In this document: one piece after another, positions 52,931 through 63,222 of the stretch
How the letters are laid out: each line of letters begins with the position of its first letter
How positions within the stretch are numbered: the first letter of the stretch is position 1
Assembly: GCA_000002445.1 (NCBI GenBank)
Contig: CP000066.1
Coordinates: 480,001 to 544,000 of the forward strand
Source of the DNA: Trypanosoma brucei
Taxonomy: Eukaryota
Direction of reading: 5' to 3'
Length of the DNA: 64,000 bases
Notes under the pieces: generated by a model
Databases searched by the model: none
The model's input: the letters and a program-made list of their open reading frames with translations, nothing else
Told to the model about the DNA's origin: nothing
Translations under genes and position numbers: made by a program

Positions 52931-54326
52931 TTCCCCTGCTACCAACAACTTCGCTCACTTATATTGTATTTCCTTTCTTTCTTCGCTTTGTTACTTTATT
53001 GATATTGATTAAAAGGGGGAAAACTTGTGCATCTATTCATCTATGTTATTTCTTTTCTTTACTCTCCTCCCTTGACTATCACGCTAACACACTCACGAGT
53101 CTTTCTTGTCTTTGTTTGGCTAATTTTTTTCCCCCTCTCTCGTGTCGCTACTTCTGCCGCTGATGCGCTTGTAACTCAACTCTCCATCAATGATTGTATC
53201 TTCTAATTGTAATAAACACACCGCTTGGAAGTTTCTATTATCTACGTCCGTCACCCTTCCCTCCCAGCGGTTCTGATATATGTAAATAAATAAATAAACT
53301 CATTTACTCATCCACTCATTCATTCATTCATTTCATTCCACCTTTCAACCTCATCCCATTCCCCCCCCTTCAGTTCCTTTTCTCTTCACGCTCGAGCTTT
53401 ACACACGGCGTAAAAGTCCTCACGAAAATACAAGGGGGAAAAAGAGACAGAAATCGAAAAGTAAAATAAAGAGTGAAAACTGAATGCGTAAAAACAGGAT
53501 GATGCAAAATAACACACCACACACAAAAAAAACAGAAGAAAAAAAGAGCGAAGATACGTACAGGTGCGAGAAGTTCCTGTTGCATACCTCGAGTAGTGTC
53601 TAAGTGCTCTATCTAAATGCGCGCATAGACACAGAGGAGAAACTCGTAAAGGCACTTACGCGGGGAGTAGGTGTGAACAAAAATAAATAAGTAAAAAGAC
53701 AAAATGTAATGACAATAAAAAGGAGGGAAAATAGAAACCAAGGAAAAGGGATAGAAAATGGAAGGAAATGAAATGAAGAAACAAAAAAAACGGAAGCGAC
53801 TTATGAGTCACTCCATGTGCTCTATTGACGCAACACGAAGCAACGGAACCACCACATGTTCTCTTTTTTTTTTCATCCCTTTCCCTCTCGACAAACAAAT
53901 ATTTTCCCTTTGCGCTCGCTTCAGCCCCCACTCCGGCTGCCGCAGTTCACGTCCCACACGTAATGAAGGAAAAGTAAAGCGGACAGCACAAGCTGAAACG
54001 CAGGCACAGTGGCCTCTATCAAATAACATCCAACGCTTAAACTCCTTCGTATGCTTTTTTTTTTCCTTTGTATCCTTTATTTACCCACTCCCTCTCTTTC
54101 TTTGATCTATGCAACCACACTTCCTGCATACAGTAGGTGGGACACAATGATAGAAAACAAACCACAACCAATAAATAAATAAATAAATGATGTATCCAAC
54201 GAGCTGTGATGCTTATCTAGTAGAATACGCTCATGGTATACGGCGGATTGCGAATGCGTTGGGTGAAAAGAAAAAAAAAGCAGACCCCCGCCTCCAATAA
54301 CTGACATGACACACGAGGCTGCTCAT

Positions 54327-57300
54327 CTACCGCTTCCCAGCCTTCGCCTTCTCAGTGGGTTTCCTACCGGGTTTCTTCTTGGAAGCAGCCGGCTCTGCAG
54401 GCTGCTTCTTTGCTGTGGGTTTTGCTACAGGTTTCTTGGCTTTTGTAGTCTTCGCCGTCTGTTTATTTGCGCCCTTTGCTTTCTCTGTCGCTGCTGCCGT
54501 TGCCTTAGCATTCTTTGCGGCAGCCACCTGCTTACCCGCTCCTTTTGGCTTCTCAGCCGCTGTGACAGCCGCCTGCTTACCAGCGGTTTTTGCCTTCTCA
54601 GTCGCTGTGACAGCCGCCTTACTATTCTTTGCAGCAACTGTCTTCTTATTTGCCGCCTTTCCTTTGGCTGTTGCCGCCCCTCTCGTCCCTGCTGCCGGAT
54701 CCTTGCTCTTTCCCCGCTTTCCAGTGTCTTTGGCTTTACCCTTCACAACGGCAGTGGCAGCAGCAGCAGCTCTTTTCTTTCTGGTTGCCCGCATTGGCTC
54801 AAGTTCCTTCTCAGGGGGTGAGTCTAACCACTCCTTCAAGTCATTTCGAATTTTTCCAGCTCGATTCGCCTTCTTCCCACCCACCTCTGCACGAGCTCCC
54901 CTCGTCTTCTTCGGAGGCTCTTCCGCCTCCTCATCGGTGTCCTCACTTCCTTCCTCCTCCTCTTCACCATCATCATCCTCTTGCTCTTCCTCCTTTCGGG
55001 GTGAGCGCTCGATAAACTTCTTGGGACTTTGGAAACCTATATTGGTTCCACTCAAATCCTTTGCAAATGGCGGGTTGTCATCATCATTCTGCGGTGCGCC
55101 CGGCAGAAGCTGCGTCGACTTCAAAAGCACTTTAGTGATCACCGGCCGAGCACGAGACGAAGACGTTTGATCAGAGTACAGCATTCCTCCTACTACAGGT
55201 GTATTACTTCTCTGCAACCCAGTGTTTGCAGGGCGAAGCACTTGCATTGCAGATGCGCCGAAGGAGGTTGCACCAGGAATGAGACCCGGTTGATGCTCTC
55301 GTTGCTGACGGTTGTACTTCTGTTGTTGACCGGAGTGCTCATGGTGGAACAGCTGCTGTTGTGGTGCCTGTTGCTGCTGCTGGAAATAATGCTGCTGCTC
55401 TTGTGGAAAACGTTGGTGTTGCTGCTGCTGCCACTGTGGTGGTTGTTGTTGCTGCTGCTGCTGGTGGTGGTATTGTAGTTGTTGGTGCTGCGGTCGCTGT
55501 GTCTGCTGGGGTTGATGAAATGGTATATGCCGCTGCTGTTGTTGCTGTTGCTGTTGTTGTTGTTGCTGCTGTTGCTGTTCGTATAGGAACTGCTGCGGCT
55601 GCCGGAACTGCTGGGACTGATGTGGTTGGTTAGCCTGCTGGTTGTACTGTTGCTGCTGGTTATGGAACTGATTGTAGTAATATGGGTCCCGTTGTTGTTG
55701 GTCAGTGGATAAACCAAAGATATTGCTACTACTGGGCGCACCGAATGCCTGCGTCGGCTGCGGTTTCATTGACGGCCAGGTGCCGCCTAATCCTTCCATG
55801 TTTGATTGGGGTACCACAGGGCTTTCTTCGGGGGCACCCCACATCGAAGCTGAAGAAAGCCATGATGTATTTGACGGTGGTGAAGCACCCCAGTTGCCGA
55901 GTTCATACTTTGGATATTCCTGCTTGGAATATTGACCTGTGCCCCCACTACTTCTGTTGTCCTTAAGAGCGGCAGATCGCACATCGCTTAAAGGAATCTT
56001 TGTGCGGCGCGGTTGCCCCTCCTCGTGGCATTTTTGTTCCAGTTGCTGACTGTAACTTCTCTCGGGAACAGCAGCCGGACGATGCTTCTCGGGCGGTGGT
56101 GACGCAAACATGGTGGTGGGAGGATTATTATGGTTCAAAAGTCCCATGAATGGCGAAGCAGTACGGGTTTCTGGCGACCGCAAGGTCACAGGTGACGAGG
56201 TTGAGGCAGAGGCGGAGGCGGAGGTACCAAAATGCTGCGACCGCTGCGGATCTTCAGCGGAACTCAGAGGATTTTTGAACATGGACCACAGCGTCGAGTT
56301 GAATCCCGTTGGGTTCCCCTCCGCAGCAGCAGGTTTGTCCGTTCGATACCTGTCCGGTTCATTTTGCTGCTGATGTTGCTGTTGTTGCTGCTGGTGGACG
56401 TTGCTGCCCCGAGCACGGTTAGTGCTCCCTGCGGCGTCAGCACTGCTTTCATTGGTGTTTGAGGCAAGGCCAGTTTGGGGGGCGGCCCCTGAGCCACTGG
56501 CACCACCAATTTCAGTTGAACTGGTTAACGTATGGCCCGCATTCATCGCAAATGGTGGAGCAACTACCAGAGCGTCAGAGCCAGCGGAACTTTTACTTTC
56601 TGTCTTACCGGGCATGCCTATTGTCGCATTCGAAAAGGGGTCCATTGACAACGACTCATTCAAATCTTGTGAGACCGTCAGCTCGTTTACAGGTGGTGCC
56701 TCCCCTAATGCCTTCGTCATTTTCAACGTGAACCGACCAACCCGCTTCTGCTCTGCCTCCTGCGGGAGAGCTATGTTTCTCACAGCCTCTCGGAGCTGGG
56801 GCTCATACGCATCAGCGTTAGACCTAACAGATTTAACCATTGGACTAGATTGAGTCAGTGGCGTCTGCAAGGCACCTTGCTGAGCCTGCGCAAGAAGGAC
56901 CGTGATTCTCGCGGTTGTTTCATCCGGTTGTGTGAGTCGCCCATACGGACCGTTCACGAGCTCGGTAAGTATCTGCTCCAGCAACGGCTGTTGGGTGACG
57001 CTTCCATAGACGGTGCACAGCGAACAAAGCAAATTTTCCATTTCCTTGGCATTTATATTGCACAACCGCTCATGAAACTTTTCTCTAAATCGCGCAAGCC
57101 ATTCGGGTCCCGGGTGCATTTTTGCTAGTGGTCGCACCGCTTCAAGATAGCGCAGTACAGTGCCCATCCGAATTCGTTCCGCTCCAAGAAGCTCCTGACC
57201 GCCACTCACCACAAAGTGGCATATGGCATCTCCCGACCCTCCTCCAAATACGCCCGTCATGAGCTCAACCAAAGAAACAAATTGCTCCGGTGACACCGAT

Positions 57301-59045
57301 ACTGTTTTGGCAGCTTCAAGCGCCTTTGCTGTGTCTCGAGCGTGCGGAATCAGATTGGCAGCCAGTGGCAGACAGTAAAGGGTATCGCTTGTCCACTCCG
57401 CCTCAGCAAATCGAGCGGAGAGGAAAGCAACACAAGCTGAGTGTAGCTCGGGCCGCCCGGAGGCCTGAAGCATACGAATCTCATCAGGAGAGAAGCGCTC
57501 TTGGGCCGCTTGTAATCGGGCAACCAGCTCCGCCACAAGTGCCCCATCAAATTTCGTGCCCTGTACCAAAGACAGGGCGTCAACGAGCTGTCGAGCTGAT
57601 ACATCACTCAAATTAACCTGTGCATGCAATGCCTCATCGTCTGGAAAGGCCAGGGCAAGCAACAGTTTTGTGTGGCTGCTGCACTCGGGTTGTAACAATC
57701 GACTTGCCACTGCCTTAGCCTCCGGCATCCAGGAGGGTGCCATAGGAGCGAATGTTGCACAAATGTGGCTTATCTCTGACAACGAAAACTCACCGAGCAC
57801 CGTTTCTATGCGCTCCCCAAGACGCACCGCCAATTCTTGCGACAGTAGACTTGAGCGGCGAAGAATGCCAGCTGCCATTGCCAATTGCTGGGGCTCAAAT
57901 CGGCCAACGTGCCGCCCTACGTACGCCTGGTATGCGAGAAACACGTTTCTGTAACGAAGTCGGCCGCCCATTTCATATGCGAAGGCAATGGTTGTCATGT
58001 CATCGCAGTGACTCCAGTGCAACTTATCATTACAGTCAAAGAAGCTCATCACACGTGGTTCATATTCCTCTAAAAGAGTGCTAAGCCGCCCCCCAAGCTC
58101 ACACACATCGTGCTGTGTTAAGCCGTTCCTTCCCGGTTGCAAAGATCCAACCATCTTCGCTACAGACCCGATGATGGAAGCAACATCACGTCCATTAGCC
58201 GTCGTAGAGTACATAAGACCTGCACGGGCAAGGCGCTGCTGCAGCTGGGGTGGGAAAGGAAGCAGCTGATGGTGCCGAAGGCATGAGTTCATCAGCGTGG
58301 AAAAATCGTAGCTGTGGAATTCGCCTGAATGATCCAAAAGGGCGACAAGGAAATGACTAGCCTCAGCGACCTTACCAGTGCGTACTAACCAACTGTAGAC
58401 CCTCAGCAGCGGGGGCTGCATCCGCGGCATATCGGTTGTTGGTGTATTCTGTAGGCGTGTGACGGCAACCTGTGCGAGCGTCTCACTTAAAGTACTGGGC
58501 GCGTGCTTGCCGCCACGCTGCAAGACCTTTGCAGCGCACTCGATCAAATTCCAAAAGTCATGATAGTCAGTATTGCTACTACCACCCTCCTGAGAAATTT
58601 CATTTAGTACCCTGTCTACAGTGGCAAACGTCCGCTCCAAATATTGGTCGCCGCGTTGAGTCAGCGCCACAGCTGCTAGAAGACGGGTGACACCGTCGTG
58701 GTTTTTATCATCTAACGTACGCACAAGTTTGTTTGTAATGAGTGCCTGCAATGAGGTGTCTGGTTCTATCTCGAAGAATGAGAGGAGCTGCGCTAGAGCC
58801 ACCGCATTGTTTCCCTGTTCGATCCACACATTTATCTCATTTTGAGGGACTTCAGTCTCCAAAAAACGCTCCGCCTCGCGTCTAGCGAAATCGTACTGCC
58901 CTCGGCCTCGATACTTGCGTTTCAGAGCAGCGGCCCTGTGGGCGAACTTAGTCATGGAACTGCCGCCACTGCTTCCCCCAAAGCCGCTCCCTCCGGAAAC
59001 GAAAGGGGCGCTGGGCCACGCAAGTAATACGGCGACACGCCGCAT
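54327..59045 (-). CDS. Giant protein (1572 aa). The N-terminal ~770 aa are helical and non-repetitive, followed by Gln-rich/polyQ and acidic regions, then a histone-H1/KAP-like Lys/Ala/Pro-rich C-terminal tail.
   Basis: N-terminus MRRVAVLLAWPS. PolyQ runs: QQQQQQQQQQQQQQQRH, HHQQQQQQQPPQWQQQQ. Acidic block EEEQEDDDGEEEEEGSEDTDEEAEE. Tail KGKAANKKTVAAKNSKAAVTATEKAKTAGKQAAVTAAEKPKGAGKQ...KKPVAKPTAKKQPAEPAASKKKPGRKPTEKAKAGKR. ATG checked at 59043-59045 (reverse complement). Confidence 0.8.
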   Translation of the reverse strand: MRRVAVLLAWPSAPFVSGGSGFGGSSGGSSMTKFAHRAAALKRKYRGRGQYDFARREAERFLETEVPQNEINVWIEQGNNAVALAQLLSFFEIEPDTSLQALITNKLVRTLDDKNHDGVTRLLAAVALTQRGDQYLERTFATVDRVLNEISQEGGSSNTDYHDFWNLIECAAKVLQRGGKHAPSTLSETLAQVAVTRLQNTPTTDMPRMQPPLLRVYSWLVRTGKVAEASHFLVALLDHSGEFHSYDFSTLMNSCLRHHQLLPFPPQLQQRLARAGLMYSTTANGRDVASIIGSVAKMVGSLQPGRNGLTQHDVCELGGRLSTLLEEYEPRVMSFFDCNDKLHWSHCDDMTTIAFAYEMGGRLRYRNVFLAYQAYVGRHVGRFEPQQLAMAAGILRRSSLLSQELAVRLGERIETVLGEFSLSEISHICATFAPMAPSWMPEAKAVASRLLQPECSSHTKLLLALAFPDDEALHAQVNLSDVSARQLVDALSLVQGTKFDGALVAELVARLQAAQERFSPDEIRMLQASGRPELHSACVAFLSARFAEAEWTSDTLYCLPLAANLIPHARDTAKALEAAKTVSVSPEQFVSLVELMTGVFGGGSGDAICHFVVSGGQELLGAERIRMGTVLRYLEAVRPLAKMHPGPEWLARFREKFHERLCNINAKEMENLLCSLCTVYGSVTQQPLLEQILTELVNGPYGRLTQPDETTARITVLLAQAQQGALQTPLTQSSPMVKSVRSNADAYEPQLREAVRNIALPQEAEQKRVGRFTLKMTKALGEAPPVNELTVSQDLNESLSMDPFSNATIGMPGKTESKSSAGSDALVVAPPFAMNAGHTLTSSTEIGGASGSGAAPQTGLASNTNESSADAAGSTNRARGSNVHQQQQQQHQQQNEPDRYRTDKPAAAEGNPTGFNSTLWSMFKNPLSSAEDPQRSQHFGTSASASASTSSPVTLRSPETRTASPFMGLLNHNNPPTTMFASPPPEKHRPAAVPERSYSQQLEQKCHEEGQPRRTKIPLSDVRSAALKDNRSSGGTGQYSKQEYPKYELGNWGASPPSNTSWLSSASMWGAPEESPVVPQSNMEGLGGTWPSMKPQPTQAFGAPSSSNIFGLSTDQQQRDPYYYNQFHNQQQQYNQQANQPHQSQQFRQPQQFLYEQQQQQQQQQQQQQQQRHIPFHQPQQTQRPQHQQLQYHHQQQQQQQPPQWQQQQHQRFPQEQQHYFQQQQQAPQQQLFHHEHSGQQQKYNRQQREHQPGLIPGATSFGASAMQVLRPANTGLQRSNTPVVGGMLYSDQTSSSRARPVITKVLLKSTQLLPGAPQNDDDNPPFAKDLSGTNIGFQSPKKFIERSPRKEEEQEDDDGEEEEEGSEDTDEEAEEPPKKTRGARAEVGGKKANRAGKIRNDLKEWLDSPPEKELEPMRATRKKRAAAAATAVVKGKAKDTGKRGKSKDPAAGTRGAATAKGKAANKKTVAAKNSKAAVTATEKAKTAGKQAAVTAAEKPKGAGKQVAAAKNAKATAAATEKAKGANKQTAKTTKAKKPVAKPTAKKQPAEPAASKKKPGRKPTEKAKAGKR
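55340..55640. repeat. Imperfect CAG/CAA (polyglutamine-coding) trinucleotide repeat tract inside the 1572-aa gene.
   Basis: The plus strand reads ttgctgctgctg...gttgttgttgctgctgctgctgg...ttgttgctgttgctgttgttgttgttgctgctgttgctg, which is the reverse complement of CAG/CAA codons. Confidence 0.85.
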
Positions 59046-61019
59046 GGTGTCAGCTCCGCGCCCCCTTCTCGTATGGCTTCTGCTGTTTCCCTCTCTTCTT
59101 CGGATCCTACCGCCTGCCCTCTAGACTTCAGCTCCCCCTCCCTCTTTTTTCTTTTCTCACCTCCCGGCCCTCTTGTTGTGAACCCGCCGCAATGGAGGTG
59201 GCCACCAAAATGTAGTGGACGTAACTGAAACGTGTAGAGATTGGAGAAGAAAAAGAATAAATATACGGAGGCAATTATAACACCGAAAATGAGCAGGGGG
59301 AATGACAGTGGGCAAAAGGAGGGAGAATAAAATCCGGCGTTCTTCACTTACCGTTATTTCTCGTACCAGTTTCTCCAATACGTATTAGGGAAGAGACAAG
59401 AAGGGGAATAATAACAACAAATCAGTAGCGCAGCTCAACAAAATGAATAAATGGATGGAGTGGCAACACGCAGGTTGTTCGCATAGAGATGCACACAGTG
59501 GATAAAATATCACACTGATGCACCTGCAACAACAACAAGGAAGGGAAATGCGCTCACGAACACAAACTACCGCCACACCAAAAGTAATAAATTTGATTTA
59601 ACTTGTGCACTAACAGCTCTCCCCCTATTTTTTCCATCGGCATCCCGGCTCCACCATTGGCAACAAACACAAATATATATATATATATATATATATATTT
59701 ATTTATTTATTTACTTATTTATTTGTTTACCTGTGCTCGAATATGTACTGAAATACGAGCACGCATGTACATATGATTGCGCGGGTGTGCATCATGGAAA
59801 AAAAAGTGAAAGTGGTGGAGGACAAAAAAAACGAACTGAGCGGCGGAGAAAACATACGAGTAAGGGTCGCAACAGGAACGCAAACGAAAAAAAATATTAT
59901 ATAACGCACAGCCGCGCAACAAAAAATCTGTACACGCATTGGTACAGCGGACAAAACTTGTCAGATCTTGTCGTTACAATGTTGAACCAAAACGGTCTCT
60001 CAGCGCAACCCACGGCGAGCGGCCGCCGCTTGTGAGCAAGCACCTTTTTGCCGAGTGTCACACAAATTAAGGTTGGTAACGATGCATAACGAACAAAAAG
60101 AAATGAACGAAAGAGGCAAAACTCAGGGGTGGTCGCCATTCAAAGGTGAAATACACCCTAGAAAGAGAGAAAGGTCACACCGCAACATCCACATATATAT
60201 ATATATATTTATGTATATTTATATGTATATTTATATGAGCACATAAACAAACATGGCGATGAACAAACACTTCCGGCCAAGGTGCAGCGGTAGGCGTTGA
60301 CCAGATGAGTTTCCAAGCGAGGGTCAAATTGATAAAAGTGAGGGAAGATGGGGAAAGCCTCATGCGAATAGAAGTGGGAGATAGCAAGCTTACCATACTG
60401 TATAAACCTTTCCTTTCCTCCACAGGACACACAGCCTCGGACACAAGCGAATAGCCACTTCGTTAAATAAGTGGAAGGAACACAGTACAACAGAATGGGA
60501 TGCCACGGGAGGGCAGGAGCAAAAGGTGTTCTAAGCACTAAATGTTGTGCACCTCAATTCCCCCCAAAGGTAACGATGTGGGTGACACATGTGGCAATTA
60601 TGTACGTGGCAACTGCCTATCAACGCGGCAACATACCACTCAGCACAACATCCCCTCGTGCATACTCACACAGTCGACACAAGTGCTTACCACCTCTGCG
60701 TGTTCGCGTACGGCAAGACAGACTCGGAGAGAGTATGAAGTTTGGAAAGGAGAAACGCAGCCCAAAAAGGATTTGTCATGAGCAAATCAGAGGGTAAAGC
60801 AAGCGTCAACGGCTGGCCGTATTGATTCATGCATCGGCACGTTCTCGGTCGCGTGATAACGAAAACATTCACTGGCACTACTACCGACTTCAACAATAAT
60901 CAGCGACAAATTTGTCCAAGTATAACCCATGAACCTCGTTCTACGAAAAGAAAAGTTGGGGTTTCTCCCTTAGTCCTTAAGCAAACCCTCAGTACGCATG
61001 CGAGCCTCTTCATCAACCT

Positions 61020-62327
61020 CTACTCTGGGTCTTTACTCGACCGGGAGGACAAAAGCCGCGGCATAGCTAAGTCAACAAAATGCCCATCGGACGCAAAAAA
61101 TCCCCCTTGAATATCTTTCCCACGGTCCGCAACACCATTAGAATTTTCCCGTCGCTTCTTGCTTTTAGTTACTAGTGGTGACATGGGTTGAGATAACCCC
61201 TCCAGCTCCGTGACATAGGAGAAAAGGTCCGCCATGTCCATCATACCAAACTTTGGATCTGCTGTTCCCGATTGTCTCTCAAGCGAGCCCGGGCCCGACC
61301 CCGACCTGCTGTTGCTACATGCGTTTGCACCTGAGAGAGAAAGACTCCCTTTTGCGCGTTTCATCTTATTTGGGCTTGGTATATCAACGAGCCATCGATG
61401 CGAAAGAAGCTCTCTTGCACTCGGACGAAGGGCCGGATCCCGTACAAAACAAAGATCTAAAAAGTCTTGCAACAGGGGAGACCCCTCGCAGTTGACTGGA
61501 AGGCGGGGTGATCCTGAGTTATTTGATACTATCGCAAATAGCACCGCAGCAGGATTTTTCATATTCCCCCCAAACGGCTTCCTTCCACTTATCATCTCGT
61601 ATACGGTAACACCTAAACTCCACACATCCGCTGCTGTTGTGTAGCTACTTTCCCCCTTATTATCATTGTTGCTCCTATAATCAAAGTCACCGCCACCGGC
61701 ATCGGGGGAGTCATCGGTGTCATTTGGTACATTCCTATCGCTATCGACAACTTCCGGAGCCATATACCATGGTGTTCCCACCGTTGTGTGCATCCCGACA
61801 GTATCATCGATGAGTTTACTCACACCAAAATCTGTTAACTTGCAGCGACCATCCGCGGTGATAAGAACATTGGCGGGTTTGATGTCCCTATGACAAATAC
61901 GGGCAGTATCATGCAGATACGCGAGCCCCTCTAGCAAGTCACGAGCATACGACCGCACTACATTCTCACGTAAGGATCCCTGCCGTCTAATGATCCCGTC
62001 CAATGACCCGCCGTTCACGTACTCCATTATTATCTCTACACCCACTGCGCTACGGCGTGCGCCATAATACGTAACGAGGTTTGGGTGTTGCACCCGTTCC
62101 ATCAGATGAATCTCCTGCAAAATCGCTCGCATGTCGTCGGAGATAACAGGAGGTTCCTGAGGAAATGCATCTCCCCCATCCCCACCTTCCGGTGCGACAA
62201 CACCACCGTCGTACAGAGGAATTTCCTTCACGGCAACGAAACAACCTTTTTCCTCATCGTAACCCTCGTAAACGACACCTCTCGCCCCAACGCCTAACTT
62301 GCGATTCGTCCTACGAATGTTCTCCAT
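61020..62327 (-). CDS. Protein kinase, STE-group-like (MAP3K/MEKK-like), with acidic insertions (435 aa).
   Basis: GVGARGVVYEG, VAVKEI, HRDIKPANVLI, DFGVS, GTPWYMAPEV, DVWSLGVTVYEM. ATG checked at 62325-62327 (reverse complement). Confidence 0.85.
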   Translation of the reverse strand: MENIRRTNRKLGVGARGVVYEGYDEEKGCFVAVKEIPLYDGGVVAPEGGDGGDAFPQEPPVISDDMRAILQEIHLMERVQHPNLVTYYGARRSAVGVEIIMEYVNGGSLDGIIRRQGSLRENVVRSYARDLLEGLAYLHDTARICHRDIKPANVLITADGRCKLTDFGVSKLIDDTVGMHTTVGTPWYMAPEVVDSDRNVPNDTDDSPDAGGGDFDYRSNNDNKGESSYTTAADVWSLGVTVYEMISGRKPFGGNMKNPAAVLFAIVSNNSGSPRLPVNCEGSPLLQDFLDLCFVRDPALRPSARELLSHRWLVDIPSPNKMKRAKGSLSLSGANACSNSRSGSGPGSLERQSGTADPKFGMMDMADLFSYVTELEGLSQPMSPLVTKSKKRRENSNGVADRGKDIQGGFFASDGHFVDLAMPRLLSSRSSKDPE

Positions 62328-63222
62328 CCAGCAAGGCGTAAACCCAGCCCCCTAACAGGGAAACTGGGGTGAGAAATGTACTGAAGGGTAAAATATGGAA
62401 GGAAATGCGTTATTAAGATATTGTACACGGACACTCTGCACACGCACAAACAACCAAACACGCCCCCCAAACGCGTAACTGTCTCACAGCCGAGTCGGGA
62501 CAGTTGAATAATAAACGGGGATAAAAAATAGAACTAAAAGGGCCAGTAGACTCAACTTAAGGAAAAGTTTCACCTAAGCGGGGAACCTTAAGGGTAAATC
62601 ACACGCCTGAGCTAACAATATATCTAATTTACAACAACCAGCACTACTAGTAACCAAAAAAAAAGAGAGAGGTGACTGCAGATGACAAGCAGTTGCAAAA
62701 GGGAGAATGGGGAAGTATTGAGATTAAATGAGAATGGTTTGAATACAAACGAACACAACTAGGTGAGGGAATCCCAAGGATGAGCATAACATACACAAGC
62801 ACACCTGTACATGGTGCACAAACAAAACAAAATGTGGGGCTTCACAACACCATGCATAACTATGGTCAACACACGATGCCCATGCACATGCTCTAAAAGA
62901 GCCGGTGTGTGAAATGAAAGGAACAAAAAGGACACACAGAGACACACAAATGTATATAAATAAACGCTGGTATCATAAATTTACAAGAAGCCGACAAAGG
63001 CACGGGGTATATTCCTCAAGAGAGAGGTGTCAAATCCACGAAGATGGGTGGAGGAATCGAACCTAACCCAAACCAAAAGCGGGCAAATGCCAACACACCC
63101 ACCACTATCTCCATCCGCCAACCCATAGACACAACCACATCTCTTTCCTTCAAATTCCCCTTCCCTTCTGGTGCCCCTCGGCTCTTTAACACGCCCACAC
63201 CTCTGGAGAAATCCGCTGAGGT

